Part shown: positions 1 through 8,541 of the stretch, piece after piece
Layout: each line of letters opens with the position of its first letter
Numbering within the stretch: the first letter of the stretch is position 1
DNA from: an uncultured virus (IMG/VR IMGVR_UViG_3300031414_000017)
Lineage: Duplodnaviria > Heunggongvirae > Uroviricota > Caudoviricetes
IMG/VR virus record: IMGVR_UViG_3300031414_000017
Direction: 5' to 3' (one strand)
Length of the DNA: 20,000 bases
Notes under the pieces: generated by a model
Databases searched by the model: none
Seen by the model: only the letters and a program-made list of their open reading frames with translations
Told to the model about the DNA's origin: nothing
Position numbers and translations under genes: made by a program

Positions 1-6
1 GTTCTG

Positions 7-234
7 ATGACTTATGACCCACTCAAACCCACGAACAACCCCATCATGTTAATCGTGGGGATTGTCATTGGGTTATTGCAGTTGATTTGGATGATGATTC
101 GTTACCCGGTCGATCGCAAGAAAGGTTACAACGCGATTCGTGACCAGCTGATTGAGCGCTGTGTTAATGCGGAAGTGGAACGCGACAGGTTGCGCATCGA
201 GGTTGATGTGTTAAAGAAAGAACTTGGGAGGTAG
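7..234 (+). CDS. Hypothetical membrane protein (one TM helix plus short coiled coil)
   Basis: 75-aa ORF with hydrophobic stretch IMLIVGIVIGLLQLIWMMI and a charged helical C-terminus; 3 nt from the next gene. Confidence 0.75.
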   Translation: MTYDPLKPTNNPIMLIVGIVIGLLQLIWMMIRYPVDRKKGYNAIRDQLIERCVNAEVERDRLRIEVDVLKKELGR

Positions 235-237
235 GTT

Positions 238-576
238 ATGCTCGGTTGGTTCCGCCGTTATTCACGGTTAAAGCAGGAGAACGCCGAGCTAAAACAAGAG
301 CTCGATATGGAGCAGGAAATAGTCGCTGCTCTGGAAGAAAACGTCGCCACGTACGAGGTGCTTGTTGCTGAACAACGCAAGAGCCTTGACCAACACCGAC
401 TCAATCTCAAACTGTCGGAAGATACAATGGACTTGGTACTGACCCATCTCGCACTGGCAGTGTATTACAAGCGTGACCCGCTGGAAGCTATCGGAGGCAT
501 CTTTAAATCTATGTCACCCGAGACCTGTGCCCGGGTAGCAAAACTAATCGTCACCGGAAGGAGTAATAAATGTTAA
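238..576 (+). CDS. Hypothetical coiled-coil protein
   Basis: GGGAGGT Shine-Dalgarno upstream of ATG; E/L/K heptad-rich N-half; overlaps the next ORF by 7 nt. Confidence 0.8.
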   Translation: MLGWFRRYSRLKQENAELKQELDMEQEIVAALEENVATYEVLVAEQRKSLDQHRLNLKLSEDTMDLVLTHLALAVYYKRDPLEAIGGIFKSMSPETCARVAKLIVTGRSNKC

Positions 577-794
577 AGCCACGTAAGACCCGTAAGAACC
601 GCGCGCAGATGACGTTCCGTAACGACGGTACGGCAGCGTACTATTCCCCAAACCGTAAACCACTGACGTTGAGCGAAGAAAACTTCGCAACGGTTGCACA
701 AATCAAGTTTCGTAATCCTGCAAATATCTGGTACGGTATGCGCGCGATGCAAGCACACATTGAGCGCAAGGAGGCACAAAATGCTGAAGCCTAA
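570..794 (+). CDS. Small basic hypothetical protein
   Basis: AGGAG SD upstream of ATG 570; overlaps both neighbours; N-terminus MLKPRKTRKNRAQ resembles that of the next gene. Confidence 0.75.
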   Translation: MLKPRKTRKNRAQMTFRNDGTAAYYSPNRKPLTLSEENFATVAQIKFRNPANIWYGMRAMQAHIERKEAQNAEA

Positions 795-1944
795 GAAACG
801 CAAAGCCCGCACACAAGTCGCGATGCGTGGACACGAGTTTGTGGTGTATGCCCCACACGTAAAAGCGCGTGTTGTGTCAAACGATGAAGTTCGTGAGCGG
901 ATGATGATAGGTTGGGTGATCGGGCGACCGCACAGCAAGCCGCACCTGTCGCGTCAGATTCGTCTTATTGCCCAGCGTCGTTTCTCCAAAGGGACAATCG
1001 GTGTGGTCGGTCTGCACCCAATGTCAAAGAAAGACTGGGACTTTCACTGGCAGTGGAAAGACATGATGCACACACTGAAGGCCAGCCAGTCGGCGCAGGT
1101 GCAACAGAGTGGAATGCTTGACCCATTGAACGAACCGTGGCAGCCAGAGTTTTTCGCTGGTATATCCCACCTGTCCCGCAAAATGGGTTTAATGGATCTT
1201 GTGATAGGCACTGACCCGGGCAGACCAGAAGGTGATGCCAGTGCCACTGTGCTCAAAGGTCGTATTCCGGGTTTGTTCTCTCACTCTCTCGCTCGCACGT
1301 TCGCCTCGTCCGGTAAATCAGACTGGCAGTTGCACCAAGCAATGAAAGTCGGCCCGGAAGCTGTGAAGCAGTTACTGGAAGCGCGTCTTGCTAATATGCC
1401 AGACATCGAGGCACTCCCAAATCCAAAGACGCGACTCACCATGCGCGATTTACCTGAAGGTAGACTGCAGATGAAGAAAGAGTTCGCCTTCACTAACCCC
1501 GCTCGCGAGCAGGGCGGCTTCTCACTCACGCTCGGTGGCAATGCTCCCATCGGTGTGCAGCTCCGACAACCGCATTTTTACCTCATTAACGAAGAGCTGC
1601 GTAATGTTGACCCGCATGCTTCTGATTTAACGGCCGAGCAGAAAGCGGCCATCATTGAAGAAGCCAAAAACAACCCGGTCTACTTCATGAGTATCCTATG
1701 GAAACCAGCACCGGACGGGAGCAGAAGCACGCCCTTCACGGACGCTGAAAAGCAAGAGATTCTGCTGCGTCACGAATACGACCAGAAGCGTCACGTCCCG
1801 GACACCACAACGAAGCACTACTTCGACACGATACCGTCGGATGAAGTGTTTGCTTTCCCGGGTCGCGGCATGACACCGTTTACCCCGAAGTATGACCCTG
1901 ACCATCTAAACCTACCTCTCGGTACGAATCTCGAAGACGAATAA
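781..1944 (+). CDS. Hypothetical protein (387 aa) with a segment resembling the phiKZ-type terminase large-subunit N-terminus
   Basis: Start moved from 694 to ATG 781 (AAGGAGG SD upstream, same frame). Contains LRNVDPHASDLTAEQKAAIIEEAKNNPVYF. Followed by a terminator. Confidence 0.75.
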   Translation: MLKPKKRKARTQVAMRGHEFVVYAPHVKARVVSNDEVRERMMIGWVIGRPHSKPHLSRQIRLIAQRRFSKGTIGVVGLHPMSKKDWDFHWQWKDMMHTLKASQSAQVQQSGMLDPLNEPWQPEFFAGISHLSRKMGLMDLVIGTDPGRPEGDASATVLKGRIPGLFSHSLARTFASSGKSDWQLHQAMKVGPEAVKQLLEARLANMPDIEALPNPKTRLTMRDLPEGRLQMKKEFAFTNPAREQGGFSLTLGGNAPIGVQLRQPHFYLINEELRNVDPHASDLTAEQKAAIIEEAKNNPVYFMSILWKPAPDGSRSTPFTDAEKQEILLRHEYDQKRHVPDTTTKHYFDTIPSDEVFAFPGRGMTPFTPKYDPDHLNLPLGTNLEDE

Positions 1945-1985
1945 AAAAGAAGTGGTAGCCTTCGGGCTACCCTCTTTTATTTTTT
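1945..1985 (+). terminator. Rho-independent terminator
   Basis: GGTAGCC-TTCG-GGCTACC hairpin (1954-1971) followed by a T-rich tail; A-run on the 5' side. Confidence 0.9.
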
Positions 1986-2145
1986 GGCCCTAAGTGCGGT
2001 TACGCTTACCAACCCTTCTGCTTTCTTTTTTTGTCTCTCCCGCCCCGTATAACGCCCGATTGTTTTTCTGCTGACGCGCTCTTCAAGGGAGCTTATGGCT
2101 AAAGGCCGACACACTACACACCAGCTAAAACAATAGGAGTTCAGC

Positions 2146-4017
2146 ATGGCAGACCAATCTCTTGCGATTAAAGCAGGCAAGGTCCTTGTGAACCAAGAGG
2201 GTAATGTGGTTGAGATTGACATCAATATGCTCATGCAAAAACTGGAACTCGCGACAGAAGATGCATTAGGCATGATTGGCCGTTGTGAATCAATCGACAA
2301 CCTGCGTAAAATCGAACCTACCCGTCCGGGTCAGCGTATCGACGTGAAAGCGTACGCGGCGGGCACCCGTTACGGCGGTGGCTATTTCGTTTACGATGAA
2401 ACCGACAAGTCCTCACCTGAAGACCGCGGTATGGTCATCGTGACTAATAAAGGAGCACGTTGGAAGCGTGACCTGCCCCACATCGGCATGTTGACCATCG
2501 ACTGCTTCGGCGGTATTCCTGATGGCAAGACCGATAACCTGACTGCGTTCAACCGCATGTTCAACTGGTCAAAAACCAACCTGCGTCAGTTGGGCGTACA
2601 GTTCGGTGCGGGTACGTACTCTATCTCGCAGTTCCTGAACAACACGTGGGAAACCCCGATTTTCCGTATCGCGGGCTTTAACTCATCTAACGCATCGGGC
2701 TACTGCTCAACCACGACTATCGTCTCTAACGATGACGACAACGTCCTGTTTGACATTAAGTCACGTTGGGTGGAAGTCAGCGGTATTACGTGGTCTGGTG
2801 AGATTGCGATTGACAAAGACAACTCACGTTGTTCACGTAAAGCATTCTTGCGCAACAACGACCCGGGTGGTCAGTATGTCCGCGTCAGCAACTTCAAAGC
2901 GAACTGGGCCGGCGGTCGTGTGTTTGATTTACAAGACACGCTCGACACCAAGTTCGACCAGTTCTACGCCAGCAAGTGTACCGGCTCCTTCATCTATGCC
3001 CGTTGGTCAGGTCAGGCCAAAGGCGTTTGGGATCACACCACCGCTGTTGAGCTGTCTAACTTCAACATGCAGCAGTGTACCCAGAACCCGGTATTCGACA
3101 TGCCACGCTGTACGCAGGCGTTCATGTACAACGGTTGGATTGAGCACTGTGAGTTCCCGGGTAACCTGTCAGACGGGGGTTGGATTATCGACGGTCTGTC
3201 GATGGAAGACTGTAAGAACCCGATGCAGATTCAGAACTCCCGTATGGTGCGCAAGCAAACCAACCTCCAGTCAGGCAGCGGTTGGGACCCGAACTCGGGC
3301 ACCACCGGCTGGTCAAGCATCTCTGCGTACGAGTACGGTGTGGTCGATATCCACAACACCGGTATCAAGATGGACTTGGGTTCCATGCAGGCAGGCTACT
3401 ACGGTTCTCTGTTGAAGATGGATAACAACACACAGAGCGCACAGTGGTTTAAAGCGGTCTACGTGGCGTCTACCTCCATCGGTGAGACTATCCAGTTGCG
3501 CTTCTTTGGTAGCAACGCCTACAACAGCAGCAAAGCGGATAACGCAACGATTGCCTCTGGCGGTCAGAGCGGGGGTTACGCTGACCTGTACCTGAAAGTG
3601 CTGAACGGTAGCACCATCGACGCACAGTGGGACGGTGTGGGTTCTTGTCCGGTTCTCGATATCCGTATCGATGCCGACGCCAAGGGCGGCACCAACGTGT
3701 ACGTGAAGATTGCGGCATGGTCACGCTTTGTGACCTGTGAGTGTTTCACGAACTCGAAGACCCGTTACGAAGGTGGTGTGTGCTTCCGTATCATTCGTGA
3801 TGGCAGCAAGATTGATGAGCCGTCCAACGACACCACGAAGCTGGTTTCGACCGCTTACAGTATCGGTGTGAAGAACGGTATTGGCTGGAACCCGAATGGG
3901 GAACTGCTGATGAAGTTCGAACTGCAGAACGGCTACCTGCCGGTGAGGATTCAGTCTCCATCGACCGGTAAAGTGACGCAGGGTTGGATTAAGGTTGAGA
4001 CCTCTCTGCCTAAGTAA
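2146..4017 (+). CDS. amsF: AmsF/WceF-like exopolysaccharide-modifying protein, tailspike beta-helix fold (putative EPS depolymerase)
   Basis: Motifs recognised from recalled Erwinia AmsF: DTLDTKFDQFYASKCTG, WDHTTAVELSNFN, PRC..NGWIEHC..PG, WIIDGLSMEDCKNP, QTNLQSGS. Also has the tailspike-type SIDNLR..GGGYF..GARWKR segment and the FGGIPDGKTD beta-helix entry. AGGAG SD. No Tat/signal peptide visible. Confidence 0.88.
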   Translation: MADQSLAIKAGKVLVNQEGNVVEIDINMLMQKLELATEDALGMIGRCESIDNLRKIEPTRPGQRIDVKAYAAGTRYGGGYFVYDETDKSSPEDRGMVIVTNKGARWKRDLPHIGMLTIDCFGGIPDGKTDNLTAFNRMFNWSKTNLRQLGVQFGAGTYSISQFLNNTWETPIFRIAGFNSSNASGYCSTTTIVSNDDDNVLFDIKSRWVEVSGITWSGEIAIDKDNSRCSRKAFLRNNDPGGQYVRVSNFKANWAGGRVFDLQDTLDTKFDQFYASKCTGSFIYARWSGQAKGVWDHTTAVELSNFNMQQCTQNPVFDMPRCTQAFMYNGWIEHCEFPGNLSDGGWIIDGLSMEDCKNPMQIQNSRMVRKQTNLQSGSGWDPNSGTTGWSSISAYEYGVVDIHNTGIKMDLGSMQAGYYGSLLKMDNNTQSAQWFKAVYVASTSIGETIQLRFFGSNAYNSSKADNATIASGGQSGGYADLYLKVLNGSTIDAQWDGVGSCPVLDIRIDADAKGGTNVYVKIAAWSRFVTCECFTNSKTRYEGGVCFRIIRDGSKIDEPSNDTTKLVSTAYSIGVKNGIGWNPNGELLMKFELQNGYLPVRIQSPSTGKVTQGWIKVETSLPK

Positions 4018-4023
4018 CACATT

Positions 4024-4056
4024 GAGACCCCTTCGGGGGTCTCTCTTTTCTTTTTT
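4024..4056 (+). terminator. Rho-independent terminator
   Basis: GAGACCCC-TTCG-GGGGTCTC followed by TCTTTTCTTTTTT. Confidence 0.92.
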
Positions 4057-4177
4057 GTCTCTACGTTATCTTTCTGTTATATGTCGAAGTATCAATAAAG
4101 CCTTACCGATTTATTATGCTGGCAGGAGGGTTACGGCAGACGCTGTAGCCTTTGGAAACCTTAACCGAGTTAACGCG

Positions 4178-4975
4178 ATGTCTATTACCTCCAAAGAGAA
4201 TCTGCTAAAACTCATCAACGACGAGTGTAAGATTAGCCCTGCGCTAACCTTTGACGACGTTGATATTTCTCTGCCGGAAGTGGTGTCCGTCGACGGTCGC
4301 GATTCAAGTGTGGTGTTAACGTCCAAGTTAAAGGATGACGAGGGATCTGAAGTTGAGGTCTTTTATCATCGTCGTCCCTTACCGGACTACATCAAAGGCG
4401 ACAACACCTTTGGCGATGAGGACATAGCTTCGGCTCATGACATCCTTAGCGCCGTCAACGATCGTTTCGGCCTGAACATTCTTCCTCAAGATGTGGAAGA
4501 TACGCCGCGCTCCGGCAATGCAATGACGTTGACAGCAGAACCTCTCTCGCACGAGTGGAGGGGTGATGTTGTCATTCAACTTAAACCGGCGGTTCAACTG
4601 AACACGGTAGTAACCAGTACCCAATTAGACGGTTTGCGTTACCCTGACCACCAAGACACCACCATCGGACAAGCCTACATTTACTCTCGCGACATTGACT
4701 GTTCGCACATCAAAAAGTTCCTGTCACTGCTTGCGGTGGGGATCGATGTGGATGACACAGCACTGGCAGAGGAGCTGAATAAGGTTGTGCCTGAAACGTG
4801 GGTGTCCAGTGAGACAGCGGTGCCGTATAACGTGCATGATGCCATTGTTGTCTTTGATGGTGCACCAGCAGACCTTCCGGGTGCGAACACCGCCTTTGAG
4901 CGTGTGGTCTCCATTCAGTTAACCACGCTGTGTACCAATTTCCAAGGTGCATTGAACTTACACTTTAACAACTAA
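4178..4975 (+). CDS. Putative virion structural/fibre protein, paralog type X (265 aa)
   Basis: Start moved to ATG 4178 (MSITSKENLLKLIN) because the upstream part crosses a terminator and paralogs begin here. Family motifs: Y.R, N..FGL....D, LDGL.YP, C-terminal LHFN. Confidence 0.8.
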   Translation: MSITSKENLLKLINDECKISPALTFDDVDISLPEVVSVDGRDSSVVLTSKLKDDEGSEVEVFYHRRPLPDYIKGDNTFGDEDIASAHDILSAVNDRFGLNILPQDVEDTPRSGNAMTLTAEPLSHEWRGDVVIQLKPAVQLNTVVTSTQLDGLRYPDHQDTTIGQAYIYSRDIDCSHIKKFLSLLAVGIDVDDTALAEELNKVVPETWVSSETAVPYNVHDAIVVFDGAPADLPGANTAFERVVSIQLTTLCTNFQGALNLHFNN

Positions 4976-4986
4976 GGGGGGTATAA

Positions 4987-5820
4987 GTGTCTATCTACGA
5001 TAAGCCCTCAGCTACGATGTTGTTAGAGGCCATTAACCGGGAAAACAACACCTCACTCACATGGAATCAGATTGCCGCCGGGTTTCCTGAAAAGATTACC
5101 ACACCCCTTGCACCGCGCGATACCCGTGTACTGTTATACGGACTGAACGGGCAAGGGTACAAAGGCAATGTGACCATTGAGTACAACCGCATTGATACCG
5201 CGGTTCTGTTCCGTAACATCGTCCCGTTTATTTCAACGGAGCCGGTAAGTAAACTCTCTGAGCTGCTGCCCTTCTTGAACAAGAAGTACGGGCTGAGTCT
5301 GACCAAGGACGACATCGAAGAACAATCGGTGGCCGAACTGGGCAATGCCTACGTTATCACCGTGGTGGTTAAGCCGGGTTGTCTGGCATGGCAAACTGAC
5401 TTCGCATTGCGTTTTGCTAAGTTCTTACCGAACCTGCGCGACGTAGTCACCGATGTCGATTTGTCCGCCATTGTCGCCCCGTTTACCGTGGACGTTAAAC
5501 CCCGAGCAGAATACGTGGCTTACGGCTACGACTGGTCTGAGTTAACGGATACGTTTACCAAACAGTGGACGACGAACCGCCTGCTGACCGCTGATGATGT
5601 CCAAGCACTGAATGAGGTGGTACCGCTGAGGTTCTTCTTCGGGGAACTGGGTACGGTACAGCCGGGGCAGATTGGTTTGCAGAATGCACGTATGGGTGGG
5701 TCGGTGGCGGTAACGCCGGGTGACCGTTATGACCAGAATTACACTCGGGCTTTCCTGATTAATCTGGGCACTAACAGTAACTACACCGGTACCCTGATTC
5801 TTCACTATGCGCCGAAATAG
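4987..5820 (+). CDS. Putative virion structural/fibre protein, paralog type Y
   Basis: GTG start with AAGGGGG SD; motifs AINREN, GQGYKG, YNRID..LF, LNKKYGL, YGYDWS, GTLILHY. Confidence 0.82.
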   Translation: MSIYDKPSATMLLEAINRENNTSLTWNQIAAGFPEKITTPLAPRDTRVLLYGLNGQGYKGNVTIEYNRIDTAVLFRNIVPFISTEPVSKLSELLPFLNKKYGLSLTKDDIEEQSVAELGNAYVITVVVKPGCLAWQTDFALRFAKFLPNLRDVVTDVDLSAIVAPFTVDVKPRAEYVAYGYDWSELTDTFTKQWTTNRLLTADDVQALNEVVPLRFFFGELGTVQPGQIGLQNARMGGSVAVTPGDRYDQNYTRAFLINLGTNSNYTGTLILHYAPK

Positions 5821-5828
5821 GGACCCGT

Positions 5829-6674
5829 ATGCCATTACTCGCCACCGCTGAAGAGATTATCTTGGCGGAGATTAACCTTGAGAACTCACTGGCGCTTAAA
5901 GCCCCGGATGTGGTTTTCGGTGTGCCTGCGATTCCTACGTCTGCTGAAGACGTGGCAAAAGCCAACGGCCACAACGCCATGGTGCGTGTCCAAGCCCTGC
6001 CTACGGCATCGGCGATTGGCTACACCACGGTGTTCTACGACCGGGTGGATTTCAACGATGTCTTTACTGGCCTCGATGGGATTCAGCCACTGCGCATCCC
6101 AGCACGCCTTGACAGTGTGTTTGTGGTGCACGATATTGTGCCGCTCATCAACCAGTATTACGGCTTGAGCCTGAGAACCTCAGATATCGTGGCAGCTAAT
6201 ATCGACCGCACGGAATGGACGGTTCCTCTGAAAGCCACCGACACCTCACTCGGTTGGATTGGGGAAATTGTGGTGCAGTTGCTGCCCGGGGATGCGTTGC
6301 TGGCGTCGAACTTTGAACCCACCACCGTAAGCCCTTACGCGTATCCGTACTTCAACACGAAAGTGGGACAAGCTGCGGTGTACTCGTTTCCTTGGCGGTT
6401 TGATAACTTTGCTGCAGAGTTCAAAGCAGCGGGGACGACTATCACAACTGCTCGCTTAGCCGCGATTCTGAAAACGGTTACAGGGGACGCTTGGACTACG
6501 TATCGCAGTCCTATCGACTTCAACCTCAAAGAAGCGATTGTGTCGTATAACGGTAAGAACAGTGCAGCCTTCCCGACCAACCCGTCGGTGGACAACGTGC
6601 TTATCATTGACCTTTCACTGTATTGTCTTAACCTTGGCGGTAAGTTGTATCTCCACTACAACGACCCTGACTAA
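5829..6674 (+). CDS. Putative virion structural/fibre protein, paralog type Z
   Basis: Motifs YDRVD, INQYYGL, TSLGWIG, VYSFP, GKLYLHYND. Confidence 0.82.
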   Translation: MPLLATAEEIILAEINLENSLALKAPDVVFGVPAIPTSAEDVAKANGHNAMVRVQALPTASAIGYTTVFYDRVDFNDVFTGLDGIQPLRIPARLDSVFVVHDIVPLINQYYGLSLRTSDIVAANIDRTEWTVPLKATDTSLGWIGEIVVQLLPGDALLASNFEPTTVSPYAYPYFNTKVGQAAVYSFPWRFDNFAAEFKAAGTTITTARLAAILKTVTGDAWTTYRSPIDFNLKEAIVSYNGKNSAAFPTNPSVDNVLIIDLSLYCLNLGGKLYLHYNDPD

Positions 6675-6694
6675 TCCCGATAAAGGAAGTTAGA

Positions 6695-7621
6695 ATGAAA
6701 CCTTTAAACAAATCTTCCGATCTGCTGGTTCTGGATCTCATCAACGAGAAGAACACAGACGCACATCTGGAGCTTTCCAAAGTCACACTGGGTGAGCCGG
6801 TTGCGAATGACGGTGATGACAGTGCTGACCGCAACAGCAAGATTACCCTGAAAGCCCGTAAGAACTCCGGCTTCGTGGGTACGCAGGACGTGACGTATGA
6901 CCGTCTGGATGGTCTGGCCCTGTTCCGCAACGTGACTGCGTATCTGGACGTGAAAGAGCCGACGTCAACCACTGACCTGCTGGCCGCCCTGAACAGTCAG
7001 TACGGTTTGGGCATCGCGGTGGAAGATATCACCCCATCTGCGATTCCCGCTGGCACCAACGTCCCACCAACCAACCCGGATGACCCAGACCCGGCACCGG
7101 TTGACCACGACATCGTGTTCAAAGACAACTGCTTTGCCTTCCTCGGTAAAATCGCCGTGAAGATTGGTGCGAAACCGCAGGTCGGTGAGCGTCTGTCTCT
7201 GGTGGTGACCAACACCCAGTTGGATGGCTTGCAGTACCCGGACAACGAGTCGGCGACCAAAGGTCAGGCGTACATCTACTCCTACGGTGTGGATTGCAGC
7301 CCGATTGCCGCGTTCCTGAAAGCACAGGCAACCGGTACACTGGCTGATGACTCCGCGTTCTCCACCGAGCTGAACAAAGTCGTCCCTGAGCTGTGGGTTG
7401 ATAAAACGGATGCGGCGGATTACAACATCCACGGCGCAGAAGTCACCTACAACGGTGCAACTGTGAATCAGGTGCCAGATCCAAACAGCACCAGCGGTGG
7501 TACGATTGACCAGCCAGTCGAAGGCGCGAACACCGACTACAACAGCATTCTGAAACTGAAGCTGTCTGATAGCCTGTGCTCTAACTTCCAAGGCGAGCTG
7601 TTCCTGCACTACAACGCCTAA
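6695..7621 (+). CDS. Putative virion structural/fibre protein, paralog type X'
   Basis: AAGGA SD; shares TQLDGL.YP, GQAYIYS..DCS.I, ELNKVVPE.WV and LC.NFQG.L.LH.N with the 4178 gene; followed by a terminator. Confidence 0.85.
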   Translation: MKPLNKSSDLLVLDLINEKNTDAHLELSKVTLGEPVANDGDDSADRNSKITLKARKNSGFVGTQDVTYDRLDGLALFRNVTAYLDVKEPTSTTDLLAALNSQYGLGIAVEDITPSAIPAGTNVPPTNPDDPDPAPVDHDIVFKDNCFAFLGKIAVKIGAKPQVGERLSLVVTNTQLDGLQYPDNESATKGQAYIYSYGVDCSPIAAFLKAQATGTLADDSAFSTELNKVVPELWVDKTDAADYNIHGAEVTYNGATVNQVPDPNSTSGGTIDQPVEGANTDYNSILKLKLSDSLCSNFQGELFLHYNA

Positions 7622-7628
7622 TGGTCGC

Positions 7629-7671
7629 GCTAGGGGGAGGGCAACCTCTCCTTAGCCTTCCCTTCTTTTTT
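7629..7671 (+). terminator. Probable intrinsic terminator/attenuator inside the array
   Basis: GCTAGGGGGAGG-GCAA-CCTCTCCTTAGC hairpin (GNRA loop, G-U pairs), then a pyrimidine/T tail. Confidence 0.8.
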
Positions 7672-7693
7672 AAGATATGCCGAGGAGGCTATT

Positions 7694-8530
7694 ATGGCGT
7701 TATATAGTCTGTCTCAGCGACAGTTTCTTTTCGATGCGATTAATGCGGAAAACCCCGGTGCGATTACACCGATGTCATTCGACAACGCGGTGTTTGGTAC
7801 TCCTAAAGCCATTCCTGTTCAGCCGAGTGGAGCCAACACTGAGATTATCATTCGTGGTCGTCAAGGGCGGGGTTACACAGGCGCACAGACTTTCCGCTAC
7901 AAACGATTGTCGCTGAACGACTTGTTCAAAAACTTCACCCCACAGGTGACGGCCCCGGATGCGTATGGTTCTTTGTACACCACCCCTAAGAAGGCGGCGT
8001 TTGCACAAAACCTCAATGGGCGCTACGGCCTTAACCTTGTGGCAGAAGATATCCCGGATGTGTATGTCTACCTGAATACCAAGAATACCGTGAGTGTAAC
8101 CAACGCCTGTATTCAGTACACAGGGTCGATTACCTTTATGTCGGTTCGGGGTAAGAACAATTTAGAAGAATTGGTGGTCAACGATGTCTTGGATGAATTA
8201 ACCCATCCGGTCGACCCCGCCCTTACGCGTAAGTCTGCTGAGATGCTCAGTTATGGCCGGGACTTCTCTGATGAAATCCAGCTAATGATGAGCTTTGTGG
8301 ATGGGCGTTTGGATGTCGGTCCCAATTGGGACAACGGCTACACTACCAGTTTATTGCAGGTGTTTGCTGGGCGAGGGTTGCCGCAGTTTGACGTTACCCG
8401 TACCTCTATCAAACGCGTTAAGGCCTCAACCGAACTCCGCTCCAACGGAATGTCGGACATGCTACTGATTATCACCGGCATGAATGACCCGCAGGTTGCA
8501 GGCGATTGGCTGCTGCATTACAACACTTAG
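7694..8530 (+). CDS. Putative virion structural/fibre protein, paralog type Y'
   Basis: GAGGAGG SD; motifs DAINAEN, GRGYTG, YKRL..LF.N..P, LNGRYGL, SYGRDFS, LLHYN. Confidence 0.83.
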   Translation: MALYSLSQRQFLFDAINAENPGAITPMSFDNAVFGTPKAIPVQPSGANTEIIIRGRQGRGYTGAQTFRYKRLSLNDLFKNFTPQVTAPDAYGSLYTTPKKAAFAQNLNGRYGLNLVAEDIPDVYVYLNTKNTVSVTNACIQYTGSITFMSVRGKNNLEELVVNDVLDELTHPVDPALTRKSAEMLSYGRDFSDEIQLMMSFVDGRLDVGPNWDNGYTTSLLQVFAGRGLPQFDVTRTSIKRVKASTELRSNGMSDMLLIITGMNDPQVAGDWLLHYNT

Positions 8531-8541
8531 GAATAAAGCGA

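Noticed and set aside
2031..2053. Sigma70 promoter TTGTCT...TATAAC
   Set aside because: Spacing is only 11 nt; no acceptable -35 element at 16-18 nt.
2732..3415. 227-aa alternate-frame ORF inside the amsF-like gene
   Set aside because: Ser/Thr/Arg-rich frame-shadow composition produced by codon bias; no recognisable motif.
3995..4177. N-terminal extension of the 3995 ORF (likewise the 694, 8506 and 17784 starts)
   Set aside because: The extensions cross a terminator, overlap upstream genes or lack an SD; downstream ATGs fit the SD, paralog alignment or signal peptide better.
6965..7609. 214-aa antisense ORF
   Set aside because: Antisense shadow of a strongly codon-biased gene; no motifs.
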